From Rhina ancylostomus (Eukaryota), in NCBI GenBank assembly GCA_030265395.1, contig JARFYF010000056.1, positions 10,393,617 through 10,457,616 on the forward strand: DNA of 64,000 nt, written 5' to 3'. Below the pieces are notes generated by a model. It was not told the origin of the DNA. It did no database searches and worked only from the letters and a program-made list of their open reading frames with translations. The position numbers were made by a program, and so were the translations under genes. Numbering within the stretch: position 1 is the stretch's first letter; every line of letters begins with the position of its first letter. Positions 34,980-47,555 of this stretch are shown here, in pieces.

Positions 34980-37094
34980 CGTTCACCCTCCCGTGTGATT
35001 ATAAATAACGAAGAAACTACAACGTAAACTCTGTTTCAAGTGTGGCCCTTCCTCTTAGCAGGATTCTCAATCCTAGTTAGTTTGACAGCTTTATGTAACT
35101 GTTCGCCCCAGGTTGCTTAAAGATAATTGCTTCTCTTTCTGATATTGTAGCTCTACCTTATCTCCAGACAGGCTTCACCAGTTCCTCCTTAAAGCCCAGA
35201 TTGGAGAGTAGTTTGAGTGAGTTTTAGGAGTAATTACAGCCCACCCCCTCTCTTCCCCGTCCCCTTCCCCCTGTCCTTCCCCTTCACCCAACCCCTGTCT
35301 GAATCTGTACTGTGTGGTCTCCTCTGGGACTGAACCAAAGCGATTTCTTAACTGAGGTGGTTAGTGAATGCTTAGAAAGTCCTTATCGCCCAAACTACAC
35401 GACAAATTCAACTTGATAACTGTTGCTTAAATGCAGGTTCTCGGTCTAGGTAACATACACGTCTTTTGCTACTAACCTTGGGCAGAGGAGAGAACGCGGG
35501 GGCCGTGTGAGGGTGTCTCAGTGACAGGTGGCTGCTTAATCCAAAAGCAAACTCGCGTGATTAAAAAAGCTGCTATTTCTAATTATTTTCCGAACTGTGT
35601 AGGTGTTAACAGGACGGTAGGAAATTGGATATTGCAACGTGTTGTATCTACAGTCAGACCCTACTGTTCAGGCACTGATTATTCTTTTATCCAAAAGGAA
35701 GACTTCGTTCTTACTTTTGGTTCAATTAGAACCAACTTAACGCAGGTGAAAGCCGCTGGTGCAGGAATGGGCAGGGAACGTGCACAATAAACGTTGCATT
35801 TCATATAAAATCCAACGAAATCTCCCGTGCATTTGGTTTAGTTGTGGACACACACTCTTTGGGGAAAGGGTTCTACCTAATGCTCGTGCATCCAGATATT
35901 AATGACACTGGATCATCTTGCCTCTGGGGCTGCTGAAGTTGAGGTGATCATTCGGTTTGGTGGCCCCCTCTCTGAGGTGCAGTTTTCCAGATAGATTGGA
36001 TTGAGCTGATGTTCTTTGTTTTGATTTTAAAGCAGTATAGAATTTTTTTAATCCGGATTATTTATTTAAATTTATTTTGGCAGATTCCTCCCCCGCGTGT
36101 TACCCCTGGGGCATTTGCTGCGTGGCGCACATCTGCAATAGTTTTCAGGAGAAATGATTGTGTGGCGCCTTCTGTCAATGCTCTCTCGCTTTTTCACTTG
36201 CATTGCCCTCTACCTCGCGTTGTCTTGAGACTGAGCAATTTGGACCTTCCAGCTCGTTTGATACAGTTTAGAATAGTTTGCCATTCGATTGATTCTGACA
36301 TTATAAAATCACCCCGTTAAATCATGGATAAAGAGAATGTTCATCCTTTCGAGCTCTTACTTTCCTTCAGGTCAGAATTGTTTGTTGCATTTCTATTTCC
36401 TGTCCCTGGTAAACGTTTTGTCATGTTTATTGAGCGTAGTTCCATGCACTACTCTGCCGCCCCAGGCCCCTGCATCTAGAGGTTAGAGCTGTCTCTACGC
36501 GGGGAGGGGGGGGGGGTTCCACCTGTGTCTTTTTTTTATCCCATTCGCCTCCAAACAAGACCTTGTCATCAGCCGGGCACCCAAGAATTGGCTCATACTC
36601 GCCCCACCTCACGCAACTGGTAACATTAGAGCTCCCTCAAGCCTCACTCCCCGACCGTTCTCCCTCCCCGCCCCATCTCCTCCCCACCACTCCCCCTCCC
36701 TCCCCATGTCAGTACTTCACCCCAAGTTACCATCCCTTAGTCTTTGCTGAGATGCTGGTTAGGTTAATAAGGCTCTCTCAGTGGAGCCACTGTGATTCAC
36801 AATCGCCCGTGCAAGTTCCCGACTCGTTCGGACTTGCTTTGCGGGTGTGTGAGGGACAATTCTCATTTTGAGACGGTGTATTTCTGTAACCTGTGTGCCT
36901 GCTCCCAGGCTCTGTGAGTGGTTGAGGGCAGCGCTAGTCACTTTCGGCCGAGATGGGCTGATTTTCACCCCCACACCAGCAATATCTAAATCAAGTGCCT
37001 CCTCGTGTGCTCTTGTGGTCAGAGTGCTAGTTTATGGCCACCGCCTGGTGTGCTGATTTCTTGTTACTAATTAGTTGTGGTTCTGCTAGTCTCA

Positions 37095-37376
<282 letters not shown>

Positions 37377-37806
37377 CTAACATGGCTGGGTTAACCAGCC
37401 GCTACCCCATGCCCGCAGCTCATTCCATTGCAAGCTCCCAACTTGTGGTCGGGAGAACCCGGAGAAGCTTTCCCTCTCCTCTGGACTTTGCTCGTACACA
37501 CTCTACACACAATGTTATGTTGTCAAACTTCGATCATCCTCAGCAATAAATCATGACCAGCAATAATAATAACTATTGGGAGAAAGCCCGAGATTGTCGG
37601 CTTCCCTTAAAGTGATCGCATATTCTTGGCTACTCTGCATTCAAGATGTGGGGGCTTCGTTCTGGACTCACAGCTGGGAGTCTGGTTAATTCTTCCAACA
37701 CCTATACCAGGCCGGCACCCTCTATTCTACCCAAGCGGTAAGGTGGATTCGCTCACATTATCCACAACCTACATTCCAATTACTGGAGAACTCACACCTC
37801 TGCTGC

Positions 37807-37808
<2 letters not shown>

Positions 37809-37872
<64 letters not shown>
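37809..37872. repeat. (TG)n microsatellite in BARHL1 intron 1
   Basis: About 32 TG units. Confidence 0.98.
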
Positions 37873-37876
<4 letters not shown>

Positions 37877-40800
37877 CATGCCCCAGTCTCTCCCGCGCGC
37901 TCTCTCTAAGAGCTTGTGACCCCTGTAAGGAAATGTTTTTTTTCTGTCTGTTATTATGAGATGACACATTAATTAAAAAAAGGTTGCTTGAGTTAAAAGG
38001 ACCCAAGGACGGCTGAGCAGCGGATCCAGGCCATTCAGGAGGCGACAGTGATATTTTTGTTCCCGAGTTAATAGCTGGAGTCGTGCTGTGCCTGCAGGTA
38101 TGATATAAAGGGCACGTCTAGTAGGTCTTTGTTTGCGTTTACCGAGTGGGGTTTGTTGTTAAGAGGGAAGAGACGAAGGAGCAGAAAGGAGAGAAGGTAC
38201 TCGGATCTAATTCCACGGGCCAGGAAGGAAATAATCCATTTAATTGAGTCACCAGGGAAGCCCTCGGAGCCGACTGAAGCAGCAAGCCGGCCGATTAGAG
38301 ACTCAGCCTTCGAACTACCCCTTACAAAAAAAAACTGGTCACAGGATTACCTTGCAAATTTACACCGATAGCTTGAAGCTGACTGCGTCAATTAGGCGCA
38401 GAAAACGGGGGGGGGGGGGGGAANNNNNNNNNNNNNNNNNNNNNNNNNNNNNNNNNNNNNNNNNNNNNNNNNNNNNNNNNNNNNNNNNNNNNNNNNNNNN
38501 NNNNNNNNNNNNNNNNNNNNNNNCCAAGCCCGTACACGGCAGCTCCATTTAACTCGTGTTTTACAAATTAAATCCCACCCGCCCCTTCAGAAACGAACAA
38601 AGCCGATTAACGCCAGAATCCTTCGGAATAAAACTGATCATAGGATTATTCCGCAAGTTAAAGTGAAACCTTAACAGGGAGGGTTAGCAAACATTATCAT
38701 GTGGTGTTCCGTCCTTGGACTCGGAGGTGAACTGCAAAATATTCCGCTTAAATCCTAACTCTACTTTCTAGTTGGAAGCGACTGGTAATATCTGTAGCTG
38801 TGGTCTCTGCCGTTTCATCCTTCGGGGAATCTATGGCTAGGAATGCGTTTGCAGGACGTAGTAAGACTTCTAATGCCGGTGAACATACAAACACAGCCAG
38901 ATGCAAGCAATTCTCCCCCCAAACTGACCGCAACACGAAACAATGCATGGCCGGCACTCACTGCCTACGTTGACACAGTTCTCACACAGCGAAAGTTCTA
39001 CAGACTTCGGGGCAATCGGAACGAGTGCACACAGAAAGAGCCCGTCTAATTCACGGTGTGCCCGGGGCTCCAACAGAGGCGAGTCCACAGTGAAAGGACA
39101 TTTTCTCATCACCACTGTGACAGCAATTATCAGTCAATGTGTTCTCGGTGGGGTTAACGTGCGCGGGAAAAACACCGGTAATGCGAGAGCACCGCAGGCA
39201 GATACATAGGGTTAAAGAAAGAAGCCTCTCCAAACTTCAAGTAACTCTTATTGGATTTCACCAAGGGAAGTGCCCGCTCTAGAGCCTGATTCTTAAGGTT
39301 TCATTTACCGGATTGATTGCAATAATTTGGATTAGCGACCATGGATAAAGAGGAGAATATTGTCCAGAGACAATAAAACTCATATTATCTGTGAACATGC
39401 AAATATGTTCAGATACCAATATATTCGTTTTATTTATTTTATTAATGTACCGAAACTCCAAAAAATCTAGATTTTATTCAATTAATTTAAAATAAAATCA
39501 CACACCGACTCTTTCTGTGTGCAATGTATCAGCTCACGAACTGGTAAGAACAAACACGACAGATGAACATGTGGGCGTTACATCAATTGCCGTGATCCCA
39601 GTAAAAATTGTGAAATTGTAACTTAATTGCACTGGTTATCCGGAACCTGGCCATGGGACCGATTCCATGATAAACATTTCGTTTCAGTATGAAGCAGAAG
39701 GCGATGTGCCTGGACAAGTCAGCTGGTTACATGTATTTAAGAGTCCAAAGATACCCTTTCAAAGCTTTCGAAACACCTGGATTATTAGCAGATTTTCATC
39801 TTTTTAGAACCGTTAATTATAAAATATGAAATGAGAAAATAAACAGGAAAATATACTTTTGAAAGCTAATCAAAGATTTAAAGTTTTTGTCCCCAAATAA
39901 ATATACATGTAATACTCTCGTTTCAAATAGTTTAATTTTCGAGTTGATTTTTTTAAAAAAAGACAAGAAACTTCAATCAAAGTTTAGTCTGCAGTTCCTT
40001 GACTTCAAGGTCGACGCTACGATGATAAAAATCGTCTTACATCTGAAAACCGGCCACCAAACTGAATCTGCAGCTACGGAAATTGAATTATAGTTTCCCG
40101 GGAACGGCTGCATTTTCTTCTGCTGTTGAGACTGACGTTGGAAACTTTGCTGTTTCCTCGCCAGTCTCTTTTTGTCACGTTACAACGAGTTCCGGTCCAG
40201 TATAACTTACCGGTCTAATGTGATTCTTTTGATTTATGTTAAATTGCACCAACCTTGACAGGCTATCGTTTCAGAATGACATTCGTTCATTCATGTCTCT
40301 CAGCTGATTGAATGTTACTGATGCTGTTTAAAGTCTTGTGCGCTGGGGAGCAGGTTATACTCAATCTTCTCTATTTTTTTAAAGTTTGCTCTCTGTACTT
40401 TTTATAACTCTCCCTCCCACACAGACACATCTTTATTTATTGATGGCGGGTTTGCAGTAAACTCAAAATCATTCCAGCGCTGATAAATAAGTTCTGACGG
40501 TTGAGAGTATCTGTCTGGTGCCAATGCTCTCTCAAGTTCTATAATGCCTCACACCTCCCAGATACCAGTTTGTCTGAGTAATTCTTTCTGACGTTATTCC
40601 CGTTTACCAGTTGTTTACTGTATCTGCTCACTTTCGACCGGTAGCATTTTAATATGGAAAATACCTGTTTTTACCTGAAGTCGTCCATACCCGATATCCT
40701 CACTTAAATCTGCTTTTATGTTAAAAATCAATATAAGTATCTAAAATAACTTTTAGCTCCTTAGTTTCTCTTTAGTCTGTAGCTCACGGGTTCCCAATCG

Positions 40801-41803
40801 CAGAAGAATATCGTCTCCGTGCAATCGAATTTCGCGTTTTATTTTTGGACAGAACTTCCTTTGATTGACATTTGATTTAGTTCAAAACAACTGGGAAATG
40901 ACCAACTTTGCCAATACAGTGCCGCATAAGCGCGACTAATTGTGGTTATTTTAAGGGCCTGTTTTAAATCTTCCCATTCTATTAAGATCTGTCACTCGCA
41001 TTTACATAATGCAGGAAACGGCGCATTGATGAACAAAAAAAATATATAAATGCTGTTTCCTGAAAGTAACAAGTTACATTTTCAGACCACCAACTCCAAA
41101 TAAAATAAAATTGTTACTTTAAATTCGCGTATTATCTGGAAGATGTCACTACACCTGTACCTTGGCAGACGACCCATTTAGGAACATTTTATTAAAGCAA
41201 TGTGGAGGAAATTGTCAACTATTTTCCCACATCTGTCTGTTTTTAATTATTCTTTTACTAAGTAATTCGGATGTAAGCTATTGCTGCCGTCTCCCCCGGC
41301 AGCGCACACCCTCGGGGTCAGACTGCCTGTACAGTGATCATCGGCGGATTGACTCCTCACTGCTGACTTCGACCTGAAAGTCCGAAGTTGGTGGTGGAAG
41401 GGAATGGAACAAAAGGTTCGGATATCACGAATACCAAACTCGACGTGGCTTCCGTGTGAAAGGCGGTTGTTCCGTGTTATCCTCACCGCAACAGTCACGG
41501 GAATGAATAAAGTTCTACCTCGCTATTGTGTAAAAATAAAATCGCAGCTTAAATACCTAAAGGCTCTGCCCGAGAAATAAGAAAACAAACGCGCTCAAAA
41601 TGGACAATATTCTAGCTCAGCCCGCTGCAGCTGTCCAGACTTTGGTGCTTTTGAATTTATAGGAACAAGCGATAGTCTTATTCTGAAGTTCCCTACACTC
41701 TGTGCTTTTAGTGGCGACTTATTCTATCTTATATCCCTACACATTCCCAGAAATCCTGCCCCGTCATTTGTTATTTGCCGAGACTGACCTGCTTTCGCCT
41801 TAC

Positions 41804-42254
41804 CTTTATATTCCGTGTCCGAGGAAGAATTCTCTCTTTTGTCCAGTTTCTCTCTGAATTCCTCGCCCTGTTTATGCGCCGTTTCCTGGGGAGCCTGACC
41901 GCTGCTGGAATACGGGGCACAGGCCGCCAAAGGTTTGCACTCGCCCAGTATGTCTCTGATGAGGAAGGAGGAGGTGGCAGTTCTGGGCTGGGGAACGGCA
42001 CACAGCTGGCCCGGATGCGGCTGAGNNNNNNNNNNNNNNNNNNNNNNCGGCAGCGGCGGAGGCGTCTCGCCGCACTCTGTCCCGGGCGAGGAAGGGGAAT
42101 CCTGCTCGCTGCCCATGTCCGACACTGGGCTCAGGCCGCCTTTCATCTCCGAGGGCGATCTGCAGTCGCCTATCAACGAGTCTCCTTTGGCCAGGACCGG
42201 GCTGACTGGCCTATGGGATAAGATCGAGTCAATCCCAAAACTGGAGCCTTCCAT
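41804..42254 (-). CDS. BARHL1: BarH-like homeobox 1, exon 1 (two FIL/eh1 motifs)
   Basis: ATG in strong context (gggATGg). MEGSSFGIDSILSHR...GDCRSP...TSSFLIRDILGECKPLAACAPYSSSGQ...SSDTEYK; donor G|gtaagg at 41803. The N-terminus and DDX31/CFAP77 neighbours favour BARHL1 over BARHL2. 22 Ns at 42026-42047. Confidence 0.96.
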
Positions 42255-42452
42255 CCCTCACTTTAAATGGTCATTTGGAACAAAGTTGTTTGAAACTAGG
42301 TGGCGAAATCCTCCCGCTTCCACACAGCTATCCGGAGCAACGAACCCTTCACTGAAATTTCCAAAAGAAAGTTGGTGCAAGATCTGGATCTCTTTGTGGC
42401 TTGAAATTGTGTCTGGGTTCTAGTTCAGAGGACGTTTGGATGGCCAATGCGT

Positions 42453-42473
42453 TTCAGCACCTTGGACAGGGGC
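42453..42473 (+). promoter_or_regulatory. RE1/NRSE (REST-binding) element
   Basis: TTCAGCACCttGGACAGgGgC versus consensus TTCAGCACCACGGACAGCGCC; both half-site cores perfect with canonical 2-nt spacing. Confidence 0.85.
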
Positions 42474-42559
42474 AACCCGTTCCTCGCAGCGCCGCTCTCC
42501 GCACACCAGACTTCCACCTCCCCCTGACACTTTTGGACTACAATGTACTTCTGTCACTT

Positions 42560-42680
42560 TGCAAGCGTTTTTTTTCCTCTCTCTTTTTTTTAATGCGTCG
42601 GTAACACGTGCCTGAGCGAAGGCGTCTCTGATTGGGGCTTCTCCCTGACATCACGGTGACTACAGAACAGACCCCTGTTA
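42560..42680 (-). promoter_or_regulatory. Putative BARHL1 core promoter
   Basis: On the minus strand: CCAAT (42635-42631), CACGTG (42605-42610) and an ATTAAAA TATA-like run near 42590, in a CpG-rich setting. TSS not determined. Confidence 0.5.
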
Positions 42681-44145
42681 GTGGAAATGAGAGGAATCAG
42701 AAATGAATGACGCCAAGAACAGTCTATTTGCCGGAAGTTTCCGCAGAATGTTCAGATAGAGTAATTATGGATGGAGGGCTGGGTGCTGGGTGCAGGGAGA
42801 CTTTGCCTCAGCAAGATTTTGCTTCGGTTTACCGCAGTTTCGCGGGGAATAAGGAGTTTTAATGAAGTTGCTGGGTGTGGAATGCACCCGTCTGCGGCTG
42901 GACTTCAGGGAGTTCGGTGCCCTTAACCGATTTCTTGATGAGTTCGGAATAAGCATTCAAACAATATCGCTGCAGGTCTCGGTGGCGGTTGGCACCGGGC
43001 AGCATTCACGGGTGAAAATAGCAAATATTGCGCTGACATTCGAGGCACAACTCCCTACACTTTCCAGCCAATTCCAGTGGTCACTACAGTTAAAGGGCCG
43101 GTGTATTTTAACGGCTTAACCCAACTTTATGTAATTATTCCTCCCATCTAGACCAAGACAAATTAATATTTTAATCAGGAAATAAAGTGAAATTACGAAA
43201 AGGTACATGACGACGTACTCCCGTGTTTCAAAATACATTAATGACAGAAACAACTATTTTATGATGTTACATTTTTCACGGCGATGAACATCTTCTGCGA
43301 CTCTGGTGAGTTAAAACTGAGTCCAGATAATATCTGTAGGCGCACGATGCCTCCGATTCCTTTTTATTAAGCGCGTGGATCAGTATTCCAAACGGTCCCG
43401 TCTATAACCGGGGGGGGGGGGGGGTGGGNNNNNNNNNNNNNNNNNNNNNNNNNNNNNNNNNNNNNNNNNNNNNNNNNNNNNNNNNNNNNNNNNNNNNNNN
43501 NNNNNNNNNNNNNNNNNNNNNNNNNNNNNNNNNNNNNNNNNNNNNNNNNNNNNNNNNNNNNNNNNNNNNNNNNNNNNNNNNNNNNNNNNNNNNNNNNNNN
43601 NNNNNNNNNNNNNNNNNNNNNNNNNNNNNNNNNNNNNNNNNNNNNNNNNNNNNNNNNNNNNNNNNNNNNNNNNNNNNNNNNNNNNNNNNNNNNNNNNNNN
43701 NNNNNNNNNNNNNNNNNNNNNNNNNNNNNNNNNNNNNNNNNNNNNNNNNNNNNNNNNNNNNNNNNNNNNNNNNNNNNNNNNNNNNNNNNNNNNNNNNNNN
43801 NNNNNNNNNNNNNNNNNNNNNNNNNNNNNNNNNNNNNNNNNNNNNNNNNNNNNNNNNNNNNNNNNNNNNNNNNNNNNNNNNNNNNNNNNNNNNNNNNNNN
43901 NNNNNNNNNNNNNNNNNNNNNNNNNNNNNNNNNNNNNNNNNNNNNNNNNNNNNNNNNNNNNNNNNNNNNNNNNNNNNNNNNNNNNNNNNNNNNNNNNNNN
44001 NNTATCTTTCAAATAACCAGTAAAGTCTTTCCCTTCAGAAACTTCCCACTATTCCCACCGTAGCTCCAGATTGTTTTACCAGGGACGTAACAGGGGAGAC
44101 GGCTGGCAACAGGTACTTCAACTGGTAGAAGGTGCACTTGCCTGG

Positions 44146-44305
44146 GAGACGAGCTGGTCCTCAGTACGTTCACCCGAAGAGTTAGTTGGACACAGCTACA
44201 TTCACTAGCCGAGTTAGCTGGTACCAAGCGCATTCACCAGGGAGTTAGTTAATATCAAGTACACTCACCCAGTGACTTAATTTGTGTCTGACACATTCAG
44301 CAGTA
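44146..44305. repeat. Diverged ~32-bp tandem repeat, about 5 copies
   Basis: Units like gagttagctggtaccaagcgcattcaccagg starting near 44147, 44179, 44211, 44242 and 44274. Confidence 0.7.
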
Positions 44306-47300
44306 ATTTTCCCTGGGATCCCTCAAACCCAAGGAGAGAGATTAGGGGCCAGGACTGTACGCGGTTGGAGGTGGCTGTAATGTATATTGTCCTTACGCAT
44401 TCCAGGAAAATCAGTTTCTACGGTCTGAGTGCGAGCACGGGGCGCGCTCACGGTAAAGGACAGAACTTCCGAGCGTAAAGACCACGGTGGGTAAGGCAGA
44501 AGTCCTGGAACGGTGCTCTGTCCCGACCCCTTACCCTAGAGATTCAGACTCAACTGGTTTAGGTCTGTTTGTGCACCCGCTGTTCTGTCATTTGCAGTGC
44601 GCCCGGAAGCAAAGTATGGCAGGATTGTTCAGGAACACCCAAACTATCCACGAGTATGCGAATAAGTATAACATTTATGCAATTGACTAGCATTTTGTCC
44701 ATTTCTATTTTACCCCAAATTCCACCGTTGATCATGCACGTTGTTCCCCTCGACTTTGGGCGCCTGTAGACACAAACGATCTTGGATGTTTAATATGTAC
44801 ACTACATATGTGAATATACAAGGAGAACATTCCTTGTGTTTGGATAAGCTATTACTTTATTTGCAAATTACAGGCAAATTTCTTGTTTCTCTGTTCCTCG
44901 ACCTCCGTCATTAATCCGTGGATTTACCTTATTTTACAAGTGTGTTTCTGTGTAGTTACACTCGCAGTTACCGGTCATTATACAACTTCACGTCTAGTTC
45001 ACGTACAATAAGCCGTGACTAAATTGTTAAAAGTTTGCACAAACTCGCCCGGTAGTCGCGCAGATATCAAAGTTTGGAAGGTCACCACTCTGGCGCAGTG
45101 TCCCATTCAATTAGAGAAATACTTGTTATTTGCTTCGATTCTGAGCGAACAGCGAATGGTCAAAGTGGAATAGCTTCGTCCAACGCCCCGTCCAGCAGAA
45201 GTAAACTGAGGAAGTTGGATTACCTTCATACACCGATTCCCCCTGTTAACCCGTTGGGTCAATTTCGCTCCCACTTACAAGAAGCGGCTTTTAACCTTCG
45301 TATTAGAACAATCCTTTATGGGAACAAGCCCATTAATGCCAGTTCATGGATCCACCGTGCCGTTTAGAAGAGGCCGTTCGGCCTATTCCATCCGTGCTGG
45401 TTTAGAAATAACTGCTTAGGCTAATCCCAGTTCCCAGATCGTTCTGTAGCCCCCGGGGTTACTGTACATCAAGAACTCATCAGGCACGGTGTCTGCCTCA
45501 ACCACGCTGTGAGTTGGAGACTGCACAGTTTGACTTCTCTCCCCTCAATTCCCCCTCCGAGCCTTTCACTTTGTCGGTTACTCATTCTTTAATATCTCTG
45601 AAAATGTCGGAAGCACTTTGGGGAACTCGTGTGACAGGGAACTTTAGTGCTTGGATGGGTAAAGTGTTCCGAATGAGGAAAGATTAAGGTTACATTTTCC
45701 GAGTGTCATTAAGTGCACGGTCTTGCTCGGTTGCTGAGCGCCGATGCGAAGCTTCCGGTGGTCGAACTGCCGGGAGCATTCGAGAGTCTGAATCTCAAAC
45801 AATCTCAACAGAGAGGCTATACTGGACAGGCAGGCAGCGATCAGCCGCCGCCCGCCACGTGTAGACCAGGTGTGAAGTGGGTGGGACATCGGGGGATGTT
45901 GGAGTGGCTGTGCGGGAGGGGCGGGGGGTCGGAAATAAGTAAACGGTTTTGCAGCGAGTTGCTGGAATCCGGCAAGCATCACCTGAGAGGGAATGGGAAG
46001 AAATTCCACTGAACGTTTTAAACGAATTGGCAATATGTTTGAAGAAGAAACTTGCAGAAAGTAGAGTGGAGTGCGACTAATCGGAGAGTTAACCAGCACC
46101 GGTGCAATGGACCGAATGGCCGCCTCCCTGCTGTGTGTTTCTATGATTTCACTGACACAGAATCCTTACTTAAGCGAATTTCCAGAAAAAAAACGAACGG
46201 GATGATTTCTTTTCCATTGCGCCCTCCGGCAGACTCGATCAACCGATGAGCTGAATGCAATCTGCCGCTAACCTTGGGCTGCAGGCGCTACCCTGGAGAG
46301 CGGAGAGTCCCACCTGGGGCAGGAGGGTCACCACACCCCTCCCTGTTGGAGAAGCGGTTGGTGGGCGGGCAGTCCCTGGACCGGACCGAGCTCCGGGGCG
46401 AAGGAGCTCCGATAGACTCGGCAGCTGAGTGGTTAGGTAATTGCAAACCAGAAATCTGTTTATTCCGGTTTGATGGTATTGGTGGAAAATAGATCATTTA
46501 ATAAATCATTTATTCCAGATTGAAGATAGTTTTCATGGAAATAATATTATGTCACCTACATACATTTGGTAAACAGACAGCAAATAGGGGGGAGGGGAGA
46601 GAATATTGTTGTAACCAATTCACTCCTATTCCCATATTGTAGAGAATGCAACACTCCAGCCGGAGACAGTTCGCCCGCATCCTTCTCCATTCCTACAAGC
46701 TCGGAGGTGAGTGGTCAAGGTAAAATCATCAAGAACTCCCCCCAGCCACCCCATCCCCAAATCACTGAACGTTTTAGCGGAGTGGAGGGGGGCGGACCCA
46801 GGGACTGCTCCGGCCAGGCCGTTGGTGACACCGAGCACCAGTGTTCTGGAACCTTTTGGTGATGCTCGAACGGACAACCAGCCCGTCTTGTCGCCAAGGC
46901 AGGCGCCGAACGGTGGTTAGTTGTCTTCTGGTTGGTAATAAACCAATATTTTTGGTCTGGGGCGGGCAACTTTTGAGCACCTACCGCACACTTGGAGCAA
47001 AGTGACCAGGCACCCCCACAAGGCCATCTCACCGGTCACTCAGATGGGCTTTTTGCTTTTAGCGTCGGAACCCAATCGCATTTCGCGTTGAAAAAGACTT
47101 CATTGCATTCTGCAAATACGGGACAAACATCCCCGGTCAAACATCCTGGGGCAGTATTGAGACTCCAGACCGCAGCAGACTGCTCCTGACTCCACGCTGC
47201 TTGAGACTCCAGAGCGTGTTAAATCTGCTCTACAGTGTGCCGGGGTTGGGGGAGAGTGACCTGGGTGCAGAGAGTTTAAATTAACCACTTAATAAGATGG

Positions 47301-47383
47301 TTAACCATTAGGATTCCATCTACCTTTTCTATGTTTGAGCTGTTTGAACGTGATTCACAGGTGGGTCGAGTTCACTTCTGGAG

Positions 47384-47555
47384 CAACACACAAGGTGCTG
47401 GAGGAACTCAGCAGGTCAGGCAGCATCCATGGAGGGAAACCCAGGGTGTCGGCCCGAAACGTCGGCCGTTTATAGATGCTGGTTGACCTGCTGAGTTCCT
47501 CCAGCACCTTGTGTGTGTTGCTCCACATTCCAGCATCTGCCAAATCTCCTGTGTC
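47384..47555 (+). mobile_element. Short Penelope-like (non-autonomous) inverted-repeat element with 12-bp flanking direct repeat
   Basis: Arms 47379-47430 and 47472-47525 are reverse complements; tcacttctggag occurs at 47372-47383 and 47556-47567; the loop contains agggtgtcggcccgaaacgtcg. Confidence 0.75.

Noticed and set aside
41775-42423. 148-aa and 102-aa plus-strand ORFs overlapping exon 1
   Set aside because: Antisense shadows of GC-rich coding sequence; no recognisable domain.
43380-44023. About 200-aa ORFs on both strands
   Set aside because: Almost entirely N gap.
45644-47032. Several 70-150 aa ORFs upstream of BARHL1
   Set aside because: Expected in GC-rich sequence; no motif, homology or exon structure. 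A divergent lncRNA cannot be excluded from sequence alone.
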